A stretch of 64,000 bases of DNA from Squalus acanthias. Its lineage: Eukaryota. The position numbers and the translations under genes are program-made. Location of the stretch: NCBI GenBank assembly GCA_030390025.1, contig CM059432.1:1736001-1800000 (forward strand). The letters are read 5' to 3'. Positions 23,105-35,204 of the stretch are shown in pieces (positions within the stretch are counted from its first letter, which is position 1; every line of letters begins with the position of its first letter). Below the pieces are notes generated by a model, which ran no database searches, was not told the origin of the DNA, and was given only the letters and a program-made list of their open reading frames with translations.

Positions 23105-23490
23105 CAACAACAACAACAATTTTAACACAGTAAAACGTCCCAGGGCGCTTCACAGGAGCGATTATCTAATAAAAGTTGACACCGAGCCACATAAGGAGAT
23201 ACTAGGACAGGTGACCAAAAGCTTGGTCAAAGAGGTAGGTTTTAAGGAGCGTCTTAAAGGAGGAAAGAGCGGCGGAGAGGTTTAGGGAGGGAATTCCAGA
23301 GCTTGGGGCCCAGGCAGCTGAAGACACAGCCGCCAATGGTGGAGCGGGGGATGTGCAAGAGGCCAGCATTGGAGGAGTGCAGAGATTTCGGAGGGTTGGA
23401 GGGCTGGAGGAGGTTACAGAGATAGGGAGGCGGCGAGGGCCCGTGGAAGGAGTTGAAAACAAGGATGAGTATTTTAAAATCGAGGTGATG
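23105..23490 (-). mobile_element. L2 LINE 3' fragment
   Basis: LDFKILILVF...YLCNLLQP...FSCLGPKLWNSLP and a (GTT)n tail. Confidence 0.85.
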
Positions 23491-24369
23491 GTGAGCCAGC
23501 GAGCAAACTGTTTTTGCGAAGCTAACAGCGAATTGGCGCAACTTGGCCAGCAACGTCTGGATTTCCCCGTTTAACCGCGCATCTGCCCCTCGCCTGAAGT
23601 TGCTGTACCGTTTATGCATAAATAATGGCGAGCGCCGTTAGCCTCAACGTTATCTTAACCGGAAGATCTGACCCCAATATGTTTCTATTCAGAGGAACAT
23701 TCAGGACAAATCTCCTGCACATAAATTAGGGTGAATTTAGAGAAGGCTGCATATAGAGACACCACAATCCCGACCAATTCCCCCGACAATCATGCCTAGA
23801 TTTGTAACTCAGATGCTGAAATAATCTTTAACGAGTTAAATAGTCTTTGATGCTTGAAGGCAATTCTAGAGCAGAGAATATTTCGGATCATTCCCCTACT
23901 GAGAACAGCAACAGAAAGTGATTGAACTTCCTAAGCCAGTGGCAGAGAGGTGCTTAGCTATCTCACAAGGTTTATTTAATCATCAATAACTTGCCTTTTT
24001 AGGTCCTTCCCTTTGAATCCAAAGTCTGCATTTCCAATGCCATCCTAAATCCACCGTGTAGAGCAAAGCCTTTGAAATCATTTTACCTCCAAGAAAGTAC
24101 TCCACAATATAATTCTTCATCGGAGACAGACAGTTGCGTACCACTCCCAAGTTTCGATCGTATCATTGCATGATTCTGGCCAGTCCTCCATAGAATCATA
24201 GAATGATACAGCATAGAAGGAGGCCATTTGGCCCATCGTGCCTGTGCCGGCCCGATGAAAGAGCTCTCCAACTAGTCCCACTCCCCCCTGCTCTTTCCTC
24301 ATAAGAACATAAGACACAGGAGCAGGAGTCAGCCATTTGGCCCCTCGAGCCTGCCCCACCATTCAATAA

Positions 24370-24480
24370 TTGTAAACCATTGTAACTTTACCTGAGGAAG
24401 GGGCGACAGCTCCGAAAGCTTGTAATTTTAAATAAATCTGTTGGACTATAACCTGGTGTTGTGCGACTTCTCATTTTTGT
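24370..24480 (+). mobile_element. Penelope-like element terminal fragment
   Basis: 14-bp TSD CCACCATTCAATAA at 24356-24369 and 24481-24494. Homologous to 9657-9742. Confidence 0.8.
24388..24425 (+). ncRNA. Minimal type I hammerhead ribozyme motif
   Basis: UUAC-CUGAGGA-A-GGGGC(GACA)GCUCC-GAAA-GC-UU-GUAA. Stems I and II pair, and stem III is the palindrome AGCU. Confidence 0.7.
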
Positions 24481-25194
24481 CCACCATTCAATAAGATCAT
24501 GGCTGATCTGATCTTGGCCTCAACTCCACTTTCCTGCCCACTCCCCATAACCCTCGACTCCCCTGTTTTTCAAAAATCTGTCTATCTCATTGCCCTGCAA
24601 TTTTTTCCCTTCAAGTATTTATCCAATTGCCTTTTAACCTTAATATTGAATCTGCTTCTACCGCCCTTTCAGGCAGTGCATTCCAGATCACAACAACTCA
24701 CTGCGTAAAAAAATTTCTGCTGACCTCCCCTTTGGTTATTTTGCCAATTACCTTAAATCTGTGTCCCCTGGTTACCGACCCTCCTGCCTGTGGAAACAGT
24801 TTCTCCTTATTTACTCCATCAAAACCCTTCATAATTTTGAACATCTCTATTAAATCTCCCCTTATCCTTCTCTGCTCTAAGGAGAACAATCCCAGCTTCT
24901 CCAGTCTCTCCACGTAACTGAAGTCCCTCATCCCTGGAACCATTCTGGTCAATCTCCCCTTAACCTTCTCTGCTCTAAGGAGAACAATCCCAGCTTCTCC
25001 AGTCTCTCCACGCAACTGAAATCCCTCATCCCTGGAACCATTCTGGTAAATCTCCTCTGCACCCGCTCCAAGGCCTTGACATCCTTCCTAAAGTGTGGTG
25101 CCCAGGATTGGACACAACACTCTAGCTGAGGCCTAACTATTGATTTATAAAGGTTTAGCATAACTTCCTTGCATTTGTTTATGAATGAAAGCGT

Positions 25195-26118
25195 GAAAGA
25201 CTTGCATTTATGATACCCGGACTCCAAGGGTTAAATTACGAGGAGAGATTACACAAACTAGGGTTGTATTCCCTGGAATTTAGAAGGTTAAGAGGTGAGC
25301 TGATCAAAGTTTTCAAGATATTAAGGGGAACAGATAGGGTAGATAGAGAGAAACTATTTCGCTGGTTGGGGATTCTAGGACTAGGGGGCATAGTCTAAAA
25401 ATTAGAGCCAGACCTTTCAGGAGTGACGTTAGGAAACACTTCTACACACAAAGGGTGGTAGATGTTTGGAACTCTCTTCCGCAAACAGCAATTGATGCTG
25501 GGTCAATTGTTAATTTTAAATCGGAGATTGATAGTTTTTTGTTAACCAAAGGTATTAAGGGATATGGGGCAAAGGCGGGTATATGGAGTTAGGTCGCAGA
25601 TCATCCATGATCTCATTGAATGGCGGAACAGGCTCGAGGGGCCCAATGGCCTCTTCCTGTTCCTATGTTTATATGGCGCCTTTCACGACCTCAGGATGTC
25701 CCAAAGCGCTTGACAGCCAATGAAGTACTTTTTGAAGTGTAGTCACTGTTGTAATGTGGGAAACGCAGCAGCCAGTTTGCACACAGCAAGCTCCCACAAA
25801 CAGCAATGTGATAATGACCAGATCATCTGTTTTAGTGATGTTGGTTGAGGGATAAATATTGGCCAGGATACTGGGGAGAACTCCCCTGCTCTTCTTCAAA
25901 ATAGTGCCATGGGATCTTTTAAATCCACCTGAGAGAGCAGACGGGACCTCGGTTTAATTTCTCATCCGAAAGACGGCCCCTCCGACAGTGCAGCACTCCC
26001 TCAGCACTGCACTGGAGTGTCAGCCTAGATTTTTGTGCTCAAGTCTCTGGAGTGGGACTTAGAACCCACAACCTCCTGACTCAGAGGCGAGAGCGCTACC
26101 CACTGAGCCACGGCTGAC
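25195..26118 (-). mobile_element. tRNA-derived Deu-domain SINE (SacSINE1/AmnSINE1-like) with a plus-strand CR1 3' fragment (about 25210-25668) inserted in its tail
   Basis: Head GTCAGCCGTGGCTCAGTGGGTAGC...GGGTTCTAAGTCCC, Deu core GCCGTCTTTCGGATGAGA...AAAGATCCCATGGCAC, L2-like tail AAAGGCGC...AAATGCAAGTC. Confidence 0.88.
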
Positions 26119-26410
26119 ATACCCACTAATTATTAGATTGGCCTATCAGATCAGACACAGGTCGACCTGCTATGAATCTGCAGCATTTTCTGGGGTTGTT
26201 TGTTATCGCTGTCTGGGAGGAGACGCTGTGTGTGAAGTTTCTCTGGTTGCATTTTCTGAAATGATTCTATAAAGATATCTGTGAGTATTATTGTTGTAGA
26301 ATTGACGTGGCTGTAGGGAGGCCATCTTTGAATTGTTCTCTTTCAACAGAGTGTCGATTGACACCACTCTGTCAGTCAATGAGTTGGAGGCAGGGCAGGG
26401 CGTAACTCAG

Positions 26411-26875
26411 CTTCACCAGAATGATACCGGGGCTAAAAGGGTTAAATTACGAGGACAGGTTGCACAGACTGGGCTTGTATTCCCTCGAGTATAGAAGATT
26501 AAGGGGTGATCTAATCGAGGTGTTTAATATGATTAAAGGAGTTGATAGGGTAGAGAGAGAGAAACTATTTCCTCTGGTGGGGGGAGTCCAGGCATGACCT
26601 TAAAATTAGAGCCAGGCCGTTCAGGGGTGATGTCAGGAAGCACTTCTTCACACAAAGGGCAGTGGAAATCTGGAACTCTCTCCCCCAAAGAGCTGTTGAG
26701 GCTGGGGGTCAATTGAAAATTTTCAAATCTGAGCTTGATAGATTTTTGTTGGACAAGGTTATTAAGAGATACGGAACCAAGGCGGGTAGATGGAGCTAAG
26801 ATACAGATCAGCCATGATCTAATTGAATGGTGGAATAGGCTGGAGGATTCAATAGCCTACTCCTGTCTTCCTATA
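26411..26875 (+). mobile_element. CR1 3' fragment
   Basis: Encodes an FTRMIPGL...LYSLEYRRLRGDLIEVF segment, followed by a CR1 3' UTR. Confidence 0.85.
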
Positions 26876-26965
26876 GGACTGAATCTTTACTGTCCCACTC
26901 AACTGAGAAGAAGTTACTTCAATTCAAAAGCCAATCCTAAATTTCACACAGCAAACACAGCTATT

Positions 26966-28687
26966 GGGCTGAATTTTGCCGGCGCTCAGAGTGCGGGTTT
27001 GGAGGCGGGTCCCCTGTCAAAATCACAAAGATTGACAGCGGGGTCGGTGTCCCGCTGTAAACCTGCCTCCTTGTCAGTTTCCCAAGTGTCGGGTCGGTCA
27101 TCCCCGAACAGACCCGACTCCAAGCGGCGGGTCAGCCAATTTAGATTGTTAAAAGCTTCTTAAAAGGTCGTTAAGAACCATTTTCCCCATGTACTTACCA
27201 TTTTACCAGGTTTTCAATGAGGTTCCCAGAGAGTATGCCAGGTTCTCAGTGACTGTGGATTGCTGTGAATAGGTGAAAGCTGAAAAAGTGGTTTAAAACC
27301 TACCATTTCACAGCTGGTCACTTCCCAATCTTAGAAGCTGCAGCATTAATGATTTGGAACCCACTTGTGAGCTTTATGCACTTTTGAAGTGTTTGGAGTA
27401 ATCTCTCTGTCCACTGTCACTTCCTTGGAACAACCTCTCTCAACATTGACAGATTACTTCTGTCATCTCAACCTCACCTGCCATCTATTCCATCAGCATC
27501 GGTGCCCTTGAAAAAATCTCACCTTGGTCCTCAGATCAGCCCCAACACCAGCATCACCGGGCACACCAGCAGCACCAACAACACCAACCTTCTCCGCAAT
27601 CAGCTGGTGCTGCACAGGACACGGCATCAGTACCCGACCACATTGCTGCCTGGGACGCCAGCGATGGCCTCATCATGTCCAGATTTGCTTTACTTAACCC
27701 TGTACACCCTGGCTGCCACATGATGCACCAGGTTGGCACCACCCCAGACCAACACCATAAAGCATCCCTACAATGCCCAAGACATTCCTTTCACACTCAT
27801 CACCATTGGAGGGGGGGGGGGGGGGGGACGTTATGTCTCACCATTCACTGGAACTCACTGAGACACTTTCATAGGTGCACACGAATCTGTCCAAGTAGGC
27901 AAAGTGGTGAAAATAAGGATTTCAATGCTTGACAGCACATTAACAGAAGGTTTACACAAACATTGGCTAAAACATCCAGGTGCCTACCCTTGTGTGCTGT
28001 TAGTTGTTATGATTGGTCTAGGATGAGGGTGAGTGTGAGGGGTGGCTAGTGAGATGGGGATGTGATAATGTAGATAGAGAGGGATGGGTGGAGGTGCAAG
28101 GTAAGTTGGTGTGAGTAAGGATGTGCAGGAGTAGGGTAGGGAAGGCAGAGTGATGGGGATGTGATGAGTGGCACAGCAGGATGAGGTTGAGTGTGGATTT
28201 ACAGTAACGTTTCGTGATCTACTGAGATCATTGAAAGGTTTGCGCCACTGCAGCCTGGTCCTCCTGACGACATCCCTGCTTGTGTCCTCCTGTGCAATGT
28301 GCAACCAGGCTGCGTTAATCTCCTGGGGAGGTCCCTTCCGCCCATTGGAAGGGAAGAGAACGTCCCTGCGTGCTGTGACTCCCTCCCTAAGCATAGGGAG
28401 GGATTCATGGGAGAGCCTGGGTACAGCCCTGAACCTCTGTGCAGCGCTTGTCAGTGTTTGATGCACCTCAATGCTGCAGAACACTGACAGCACAACTGTC
28501 AAAATCAATGTGGACATGGCCCCTTTAAGGAAACCGGCTGATGACGCCTCATCAAGTGATGTCATCGGACCCGCTTCCTATTAATTGGCCGGGAACCTCG
28601 CAGGGCGGGGCTTAACAAGCCCTAGTAACGTAAAACCTTGATGGAGGCCGGGATCGAGACAGATGCGAGGTTGGAAAAATCCAGCCC
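26966..28687. mobile_element. Non-autonomous Harbinger element (1722 bp) with a Myb/SANT-like remnant
   Basis: TIRs GGGCTGAATTTT and AAAATCCAGCCC, TSD ATT at 26963-26965 and 28688-28690. Minus ORF 27984-28565 contains PRLSHESL...RRDVLFP...AWLHIAQE...RTRLQWRKPFNDL, homologous to exon 1 of 14130-14366. Confidence 0.88.
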
Positions 28688-30251
28688 ATTAGTGGCTCAA
28701 AAATCACCTTTATTATCTCTGTCATCAAAAATCCAGTAGTTGCTTCGCAGTGGCAGAAAACCTCGAGAAGATGCAAATTAACATTCGGAAAGTAGAGTGA
28801 AAATCAGTAACTGGCCTATTTCATGACTGATCACTGTGAGTGAACTGCATCTCTCTGTGCTTGAGCAAGTCTCCAGACAGCTTGTCCATACTAATAGAAA
28901 CACCAAATATCTTTCTTTCACTCACTTTAGATTGCGGTTTTGAAAGACAAACTGAAATTGAACTCCCCACTGTTTGCATCGTGTCTGATCTGCAAATGAA
29001 TTCATGTTTTCAGAGAAAACAAAGCTACCAAATCATAAAGTGTAAGAGGTGTTCGTGGGGCAGGACATGAGTGTGTGTGTGTGTCTGTCTGTCTTTGCGA
29101 AAGAGAGCAGCTAGTTTAGGCTTGTTTATATCAAACTGATTAACATCAAGCATCCTGCTTCTTTGGTGCATGTCTTCAACACTGGGAGGTGTGAGTGTTG
29201 AAATATTCACACAGTTTAGGCAGCGCATTTTAATCTGCAACCACTGAAACGTTTTGAGCCCAAACCTATGAAAGAAAAGCAGGGCTTCGCCGAATGCCTG
29301 CGGAGGATCACAAACCCAGTGCTCAACTGCCGACAAAAATGCCGCCCATCTCCTTCTGGAATGTGCGGTTGCAAAGATGGTCTGGAAAGAGCGATGCAGT
29401 GGTTTTTTTGTCGAGGTTCATCCCGAGCAGCTCCGTAACGCAGGACTCTGTGCTCTACGGACTGTTCCTAGGGACGCACACTGAGACGTAAGAACATAAG
29501 AATTAGGAGCAGGAGTCGGCCATTCGGCCCCTCGAGCCTGCTCCGCCATTCAATAAGATCACGGCTGATCTTCGACCTCAACTCCACTTTCCCGCCCGAT
29601 CCCCATATCCCTTGATTCCCCCAGAGTCCAAAAATCTGTCAATCTCAGCCTTGAATATACTCAATGACTCAGCATCCACAGCCCTCTGGGGCAGAGAATT
29701 CCAAAGATTCACAACCCTCTGAGTGAAGAAATTCCTCCTCATCTCGATATTAAATGGCCGATCCCTTATACTAAGACTATGCTCCCTAGTTCTAGACTCT
29801 CCAGCCAGGGGAAACAACCTCTCAGCATCTACCCTGTCAATCCCCTTCAGAATCGTATATGTTTCAATGAGATCGCCTCTCATTCTTCTAAACTCCAGAG
29901 AGTATAGGCCCAATCTACTCAATCTCTCATCATAGGACAGCCCTCTCATCCCAGGAATCAATCTAGTGAACCTTCGTTGCACCGCCTCTAAGGCAAGTAT
30001 ATCCTTCCTCAGATAAGGAGACCAAAACTCTGCACAGTACTCAAGGTGTGGTCTCACCAAAGCCCTGTACAATTGTACCAAGACTTCCTTACTCTTGTAC
30101 TCCAACCCCCTTGCAATAAAGGCCAACATGCCATTTGCCTTCCTAATTGCTTGCTGTACCTGCATGCTAACTCTCTATGTTTCCTGTATGAGGACACCTA
30201 AATCTCTCTGAACACCAACATTTAATAGTTTCTCACCATTTAAAAAATATT

Positions 30252-31140
30252 GGGGGAGAAATTCAGTATCGCCCCATTTGGGGCGCAATTATCGGCCGGG
30301 CGCAAAGATTAGCGCCTGGTGCTAATTATCGCCACCGACTGCAAACTTGACTTTTATTGCCCCTGGAGGTGATTGCAGCGCTAAATCAGGCGCTTCACAC
30401 CTGTCTTAAGGCGCAAAGGCCGAGGAGCGAGGCGCTACCTCAGAGCGCTAGCGAAGCTCATGTGATGTCAGTCTGCAATGGAACACACACACAATAGCAC
30501 GGGCCAGTTCTTAAAGGGGATGGTTGATCTTGCTTTCCATCCACATCCTGCTCATTGCAGCCTTGAATCTTGGCCTGGAGAGACCTGCACATCAAATGTG
30601 CTGGAAAGAACAATGGAGAGTACCAGGCAAAGAGCTCAGAGTGCAGCCCCCACAGTCTCTGCTAAATCGATACAAGGAATGGCAAATCAAAATGAACCTG
30701 CAAAATGCTGCTCAGTACCCAAAACTCCTTCACACAACGTTGAATCTCTCCAGAAGTCACTCTCTCTCTCAGAATGCATAGTTCAAAAATGGCACCAACA
30801 ATAAAAGGCAGGAAGCGGTCACCTTTAAATAGCGCTCCCCCTTTCCCTACATGACTGCAGAACGCTCCCCTCAACCTGTCGTTGCTAGCGTCAGGCGGTA
30901 AGGCAGGGCGCGCCACTCAATATCCGCTCCGGGGCGATACCGGGGCGTTGCGCACTCGAGTGATGTCACGATCTGCCGGCGCAGGAGATCGTGGTGGTAA
31001 TGTTTAGCGCTGCCGCAAAATGTCTAGTTAATTTCGCGAGCGGCGCAAACTTCGCCGCGCCTGGGCGCTAGATGCTTTGCGCCCCATTAGCGCCCTCTTA
31101 AGGCGCTAACGGGAGGCGCAGCCAACTGAATTTTTCCCCC
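30252..31140 (+). mobile_element. Harbinger deletion derivative (889 bp), same family as 17968-18860
   Basis: TIRs GGGGGAGAAATTCAGT and ACTGAATTTTTCCCCC, TSD ATT at 30249-30251 and 31141-31143. Confidence 0.93.
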
Positions 31141-31252
31141 ATTATGTTTTTCTATTCTTCCTACCAACGTGAATAACCTCACATTTCCCCACATTATACT
31201 CCACCTTATTGCCCACTCACTTAGTCTATCTATATCCCTTTGCAGACTCTTT

Positions 31253-32407
31253 GGCCGCGATTTTTTCAATGGGTGCGGGTCAGGTGGTTTCCGGCTTCCA
31301 GTCCAGCCCCCAACTTCATCCGGCCCACAGACGTGATTTTACGTTGATTGACCTTGTTAACCCCACCCTGCGGGCTTGCCAGCCAATTAAGAGGAAGCCG
31401 GTCAGATGACATCATTTGATGACGTGTCATCTGCCAGTTTTCTTAAAGGGACCACGCACAATTTTTTTTTGACAGCTGATTTCTCAGTGTTTGACAGCAT
31501 TGAGGTGCTGAAAACATTGACAATCACTGTACAAAGGTGAGCTCTTGCACCCAGGCTCTCCAATGACTCCCTCCATAGGCTGGAATAGATGGCAGCTGCA
31601 GGTGAGGTGACAGAAGCGATCTGTCACTGGTGAGAGAGGTTCTCCCAATGAGATGGCACTGGACATGGATTTCAAAACTTGTTACCTAAAGAAATGTGTA
31701 AATGCATTAAAAATGAATTTCCCAACATTTTCTTACCTCTGAGACTCACCAGTGCACCATTGGATCCTTCACACCACTTCTGCAGCTGTCATCAATCCAG
31801 AAACATTACAGCAGACTCACAACACGCCGCACTTACCTGGCATGGTGTCCGGACGTCGGGAAACCCGAGGCAGAAGCGGCAAAATTGAAAAAGAGCCTGT
31901 TAACTACTATCAACTACCTGTTAACAGGCAGGTAAGTAGCTTTAATCCTCTTCCTGCCGCTAGGTGTCGGGTCCATGTGCAAATCGGGGACCCGACACTT
32001 GGGAAAATTGTTTGGAGGTGGGTTGACGGCGGGATCACACAGTGCCATGGAGATCAATTAGGTTAGATACAATACATGGCACTCTAGGTTGTCTCATTCC
32101 AGTTTCAGTGCTGTTTACATCTACATTAACATTAGCTGTCAGCCGTGTCTCAGTGGGTAGCACACTTGCCTCTGAGTCAGAAGGTTGTGGGTTCGGAGTC
32201 CCACTCCAGAGGCTTGAGTGCAAAAATCTAGGCTGACACTTCAGTGCAGTGCTGAGGGAGCGCTGCAGTGTCAGAGGTGCCGTCTTTTGGATGAGATGTT
32301 AAACCGAGGTCCTGTCTGCTCTCTCAGGTGGATGTAAAAGATCCCACGGCACTAGTTCGAAGAAGAGCCTCCAAACCCGCCCTCTCAGTGCTGATAAAAT
32401 CACGGCC
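31253..32407. mobile_element. Harbinger-type non-autonomous element carrying an insertion of about 330 bp (32035-32368)
   Basis: TIRs GGCCGCGATTTT and AAAATCACGGCC, TSD TTT at 31250-31252 and 32408-32410. Removing it restores the CR1 RT reading. Confidence 0.8.
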
Positions 32408-33081
32408 TTTGTGTTCTCCTCACAGCTTCCTGTCCCACCTAGCTTTGTATCGTCAGCAAACTTGGATACATTGCACTCGGTCCCTTCATCTAGGTCATTA
32501 ATAATTGTAAATAGCTGAGGCTCCAGCACTGATCCTTGCGGCACCCCACTAGTTACAGCCTGCCATCAACTGCTGTTGGAAACCATCAACTCGGTGAAAG
32601 ACGGCCTTTGGTCTGCCTGAAATCTTGCTGGTCTTCCAGTGCAGGGAGCTGTCCACGCCCGAGTGTCGCACATTCCAAGGCCCAGGACTACCCGCTGAGG
32701 GACGCACTGAAGCTTGGTGCAGCCGCCGCAAAGGCTGAATGGGGAAAGGCCACAGGTTAAGGCCCTCCCGCCATTGTACACCGAGGATCTGGAACCAGCG
32801 GAAAACCCCTCGGGCTGTATGTAGCAGAAAATGTTTAATGAAAAGAAAACCGTTGACTAAACCCTTGCTGCATGACTAAACCCTTCGTGATTTTGAACAC
32901 CTTTATCAAATCTCTCCTTATCCTTCTCTGCTCTAAGAAGAACAACCCCAGCTTCTCCACATAACTGAAGTGCCTCATCCCTGGTAAATCTCCTCCGCAC
33001 CCTCTCCAAGGCCTTGACAGCCTTCCTAAAGTGCGGTGCCCAGAATTGGACACAATACTCCAGCTGGGGCCGAACCAGTGA

Positions 33082-34010
33082 AAGAAGAAAGACTTGCATT
33101 TCTATAGCGCCTTTCACAACCACGTCACAAAGCACTTTACTGCCAATGAAGTACTTTTTGAAGTGTAATCACTGTTGCAATGTAGGAAATGCAGCAGCAA
33201 TTTGCGCACAGCAAGCTCCCACAAACAGCAATGTGATAACATAGAAACATAGAATCTAGGAGCAGGAGTAGGCCATTCGGCCCGTCGAGCCTGCTCCGCC
33301 ATTCAATACGATCATGGCTGATCATCCAAATCCAGTACCCTGTCCCTGCTTTAATCCCCACAGTACACATATCCCACCCTACCCCCGTAACCCCACGTCT
33401 TTAATTCCCCCTAACATATCCCATCCTATCCCCATAACCCCACATATTTAATCCCCCCTAACACTAAGGGTCAATTTATCAAGCCAAATCAACCTAACCC
33501 ACACATTTTTGGACTGTGGGAGGAAACCGGAGCACCCGGAGGAAACCCACGCAGACACGGGGAGAATGTGCAAACTCCACACAGACAGTCACCCGAGGTC
33601 AGATTCGAACCCAGTGCTAACCACTATGCCACCGTGATGCCCAGGTAATCTGTTTTTTAGTGATGTTGATTGAGGGCTAAACATTGGCCCCAGGACACCG
33701 GGGAGAATTCCCCTGCTCTTCTTCGAAATAGTGTCATGGGATCTTTTATGTCCACCTGAGAGAGCAGACAGGACCTCGGTTTAACATTTCAGCCGAAAGA
33801 CAGCACTTCCGACAGTGCGGCGCTCCTTCAGTACTGCCCCTCCGACAGTGCGGCGCTCCCTCAGTACTGCCCCTCCGACAGTGCAGCACTCCCTCAGTAC
33901 TGTACTGGAGTGTCAGCCTAGATTTTTGCACTCAAGTCTCTGGAGTGGGACTTGAACCCACAACCTTCTGACTCAGAGGCGAGGGTGCTACCCACTGAGC
34001 CACGGCTGAC
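33082..34010 (-). mobile_element. Deu-domain SINE interrupted by an HE1-type SINE; three 33-bp units at about 33808-33900
   Basis: tRNA head near 34010, Deu core, L2-like tail near 33082. Confidence 0.88.
33240..33642 (-). mobile_element. HE1-type V-SINE
   Basis: Reverse complement of 1576-2003, with a small deletion in the tRNA head. Confidence 0.9.
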
Positions 34011-34159
34011 AGCTAATGTTAACGTAGATATAAACGGCACTGAAACTGGAATGAGACAACCTCGAGTGCCATGTATTGTATTTAACCTAATTGATCGCCA
34101 TGGCACTGTGTGAATTGTGACATTTGGATTATACTGTAATGTATCTTTACAAATTTTAT

Positions 34160-34750
34160 GAACATAGGAACAGGAGGAGGCCATTTAGCCCCTCCAGCCT
34201 GTTCCGCCATTCAATGAGATCATGGCTGATCTGTGACCTAACTCCATATACCTGCCTTTGGTCCATATCCCTTAATACCTTTAGTTAACAGAAATCTACC
34301 AATCTCCGATTTAAAATCAACAATTGATCGAGCATCAATTGCCGTTTGCGGAAGAGGGTTCCAAACTTCTACCACCCTTTGTGTGTAGAAGTGTTTCCTA
34401 ATTTCACTCCTGAAAGGTCTGGCTCTATATTTTAGACTATGCACCCTAGTCCTAGACTCCCCAACCAGCGGAAATAGTTTCTCTCTATCTACCCAATATG
34501 TTCCACTTAATATCTTGAAAACTTCGATCAAATCACCCCTTAACCTTCTAAATTCCAGGGAATACAACCCTAGTTTGTGTAATCTCTCCTCGTAATTTAA
34601 CCCTTGGAGTCCGGGTATCATTCTGGTAAACCTACGCTGCACTCACTCCAAGGCCAATATATCCTTCCTAAGGTGTGGTGCCCAGAACTGCTCACAGTGC
34701 TCCAGGTGTGGTCTAACCAGGGCTTTGTACAGCTGCAGCATGACTTCTGT
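34160..34750 (-). mobile_element. CR1 3' fragment
   Basis: ORFs 34238-34642 and 34643-34825 encode the RT C-terminus. Confidence 0.88.
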
Positions 34751-35204
34751 CCCTGAATAAAGTATATTTTTGAAACACAAGAAATGAGGGAAAAGTGAGC
34801 ACCAAGTTATTGTAGATAAATCCAATTCAATAACCCGTTGTTACAAGGCTGATTTAAGATGATTTCTGATATAACACCTGTTGTTATGTTTCTGTGACTA
34901 ATAAGGTGCACAAACTAACAGTTACTTCTCACTTCAGTACATCTCCCACATGACTCACAAAGGCAGTGTAATAGTGAGGGGCTGCTGTAAGTGTTATATT
35001 TACTCCATTATCATCAATCAATCAATTTTGTCAAGCATTTTCTTTTTTTTCTCTATTAAACAATGAGTGTTCTTCAGACTTTATTGTCGCAATAAAATTA
35101 TGAAGGGGCTGTGATAGAGTAGATAGGGAGAGACTGTTTCCACTGGCAGGAGGGTTGGTAACCAGAGGACACAGATTTAAGGTAATTGGCAAAAGAACCA
35201 GAGA

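Larger units (their letters stand above)
21755..23675. mobile_element. Older non-autonomous Harbinger-type element hosting a MITE (22095-22886) and an L2 fragment (23105-23490)
   Basis: Degenerate TIRs GGGCCGGAATTTGC and GGAAGATCTGACCCC, with AAT on both sides (21752-21754, 23676-23678). Confidence 0.55.
24189..25170 (-). mobile_element. CR1 3' fragments (nested), with a 98-bp internal tandem duplication near 24858-25050
   Basis: RT C-terminal ORFs 24698-25015 and 24949-25227. Two CR1 tails, at 24189 and about 24300. Confidence 0.85.
29489..32562 (-). mobile_element. CR1 3' part (RT to tail), interrupted by two Harbinger-type elements
   Basis: ORFs 29578-30165 and 32299-32544 ([11 protein letters not shown]...KFADDTK). 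Tail at 29489. Confidence 0.9.
29340..32860 (+). mobile_element. Tx1/L1-clade LINE 3' end in two pieces (about 29340-29488 and 32563-32860), split by a CR1
   Basis: HLLLECAVAKMVW...FLSRFIPSSSVTQDSVLYGLF.GTHTET continues as INCCWKTINSVKD.LWSA...LRDALKLGAAAAKAEWGK. This is typical of the region after the Tx1 ORF2 CCHC finger. Confidence 0.7.

Noticed and set aside
24858..25050. Duplicated RT C-terminal peptide as a domain repeat
   Set aside because: It is a 98-bp out-of-frame tandem duplication in a dead CR1 fragment.
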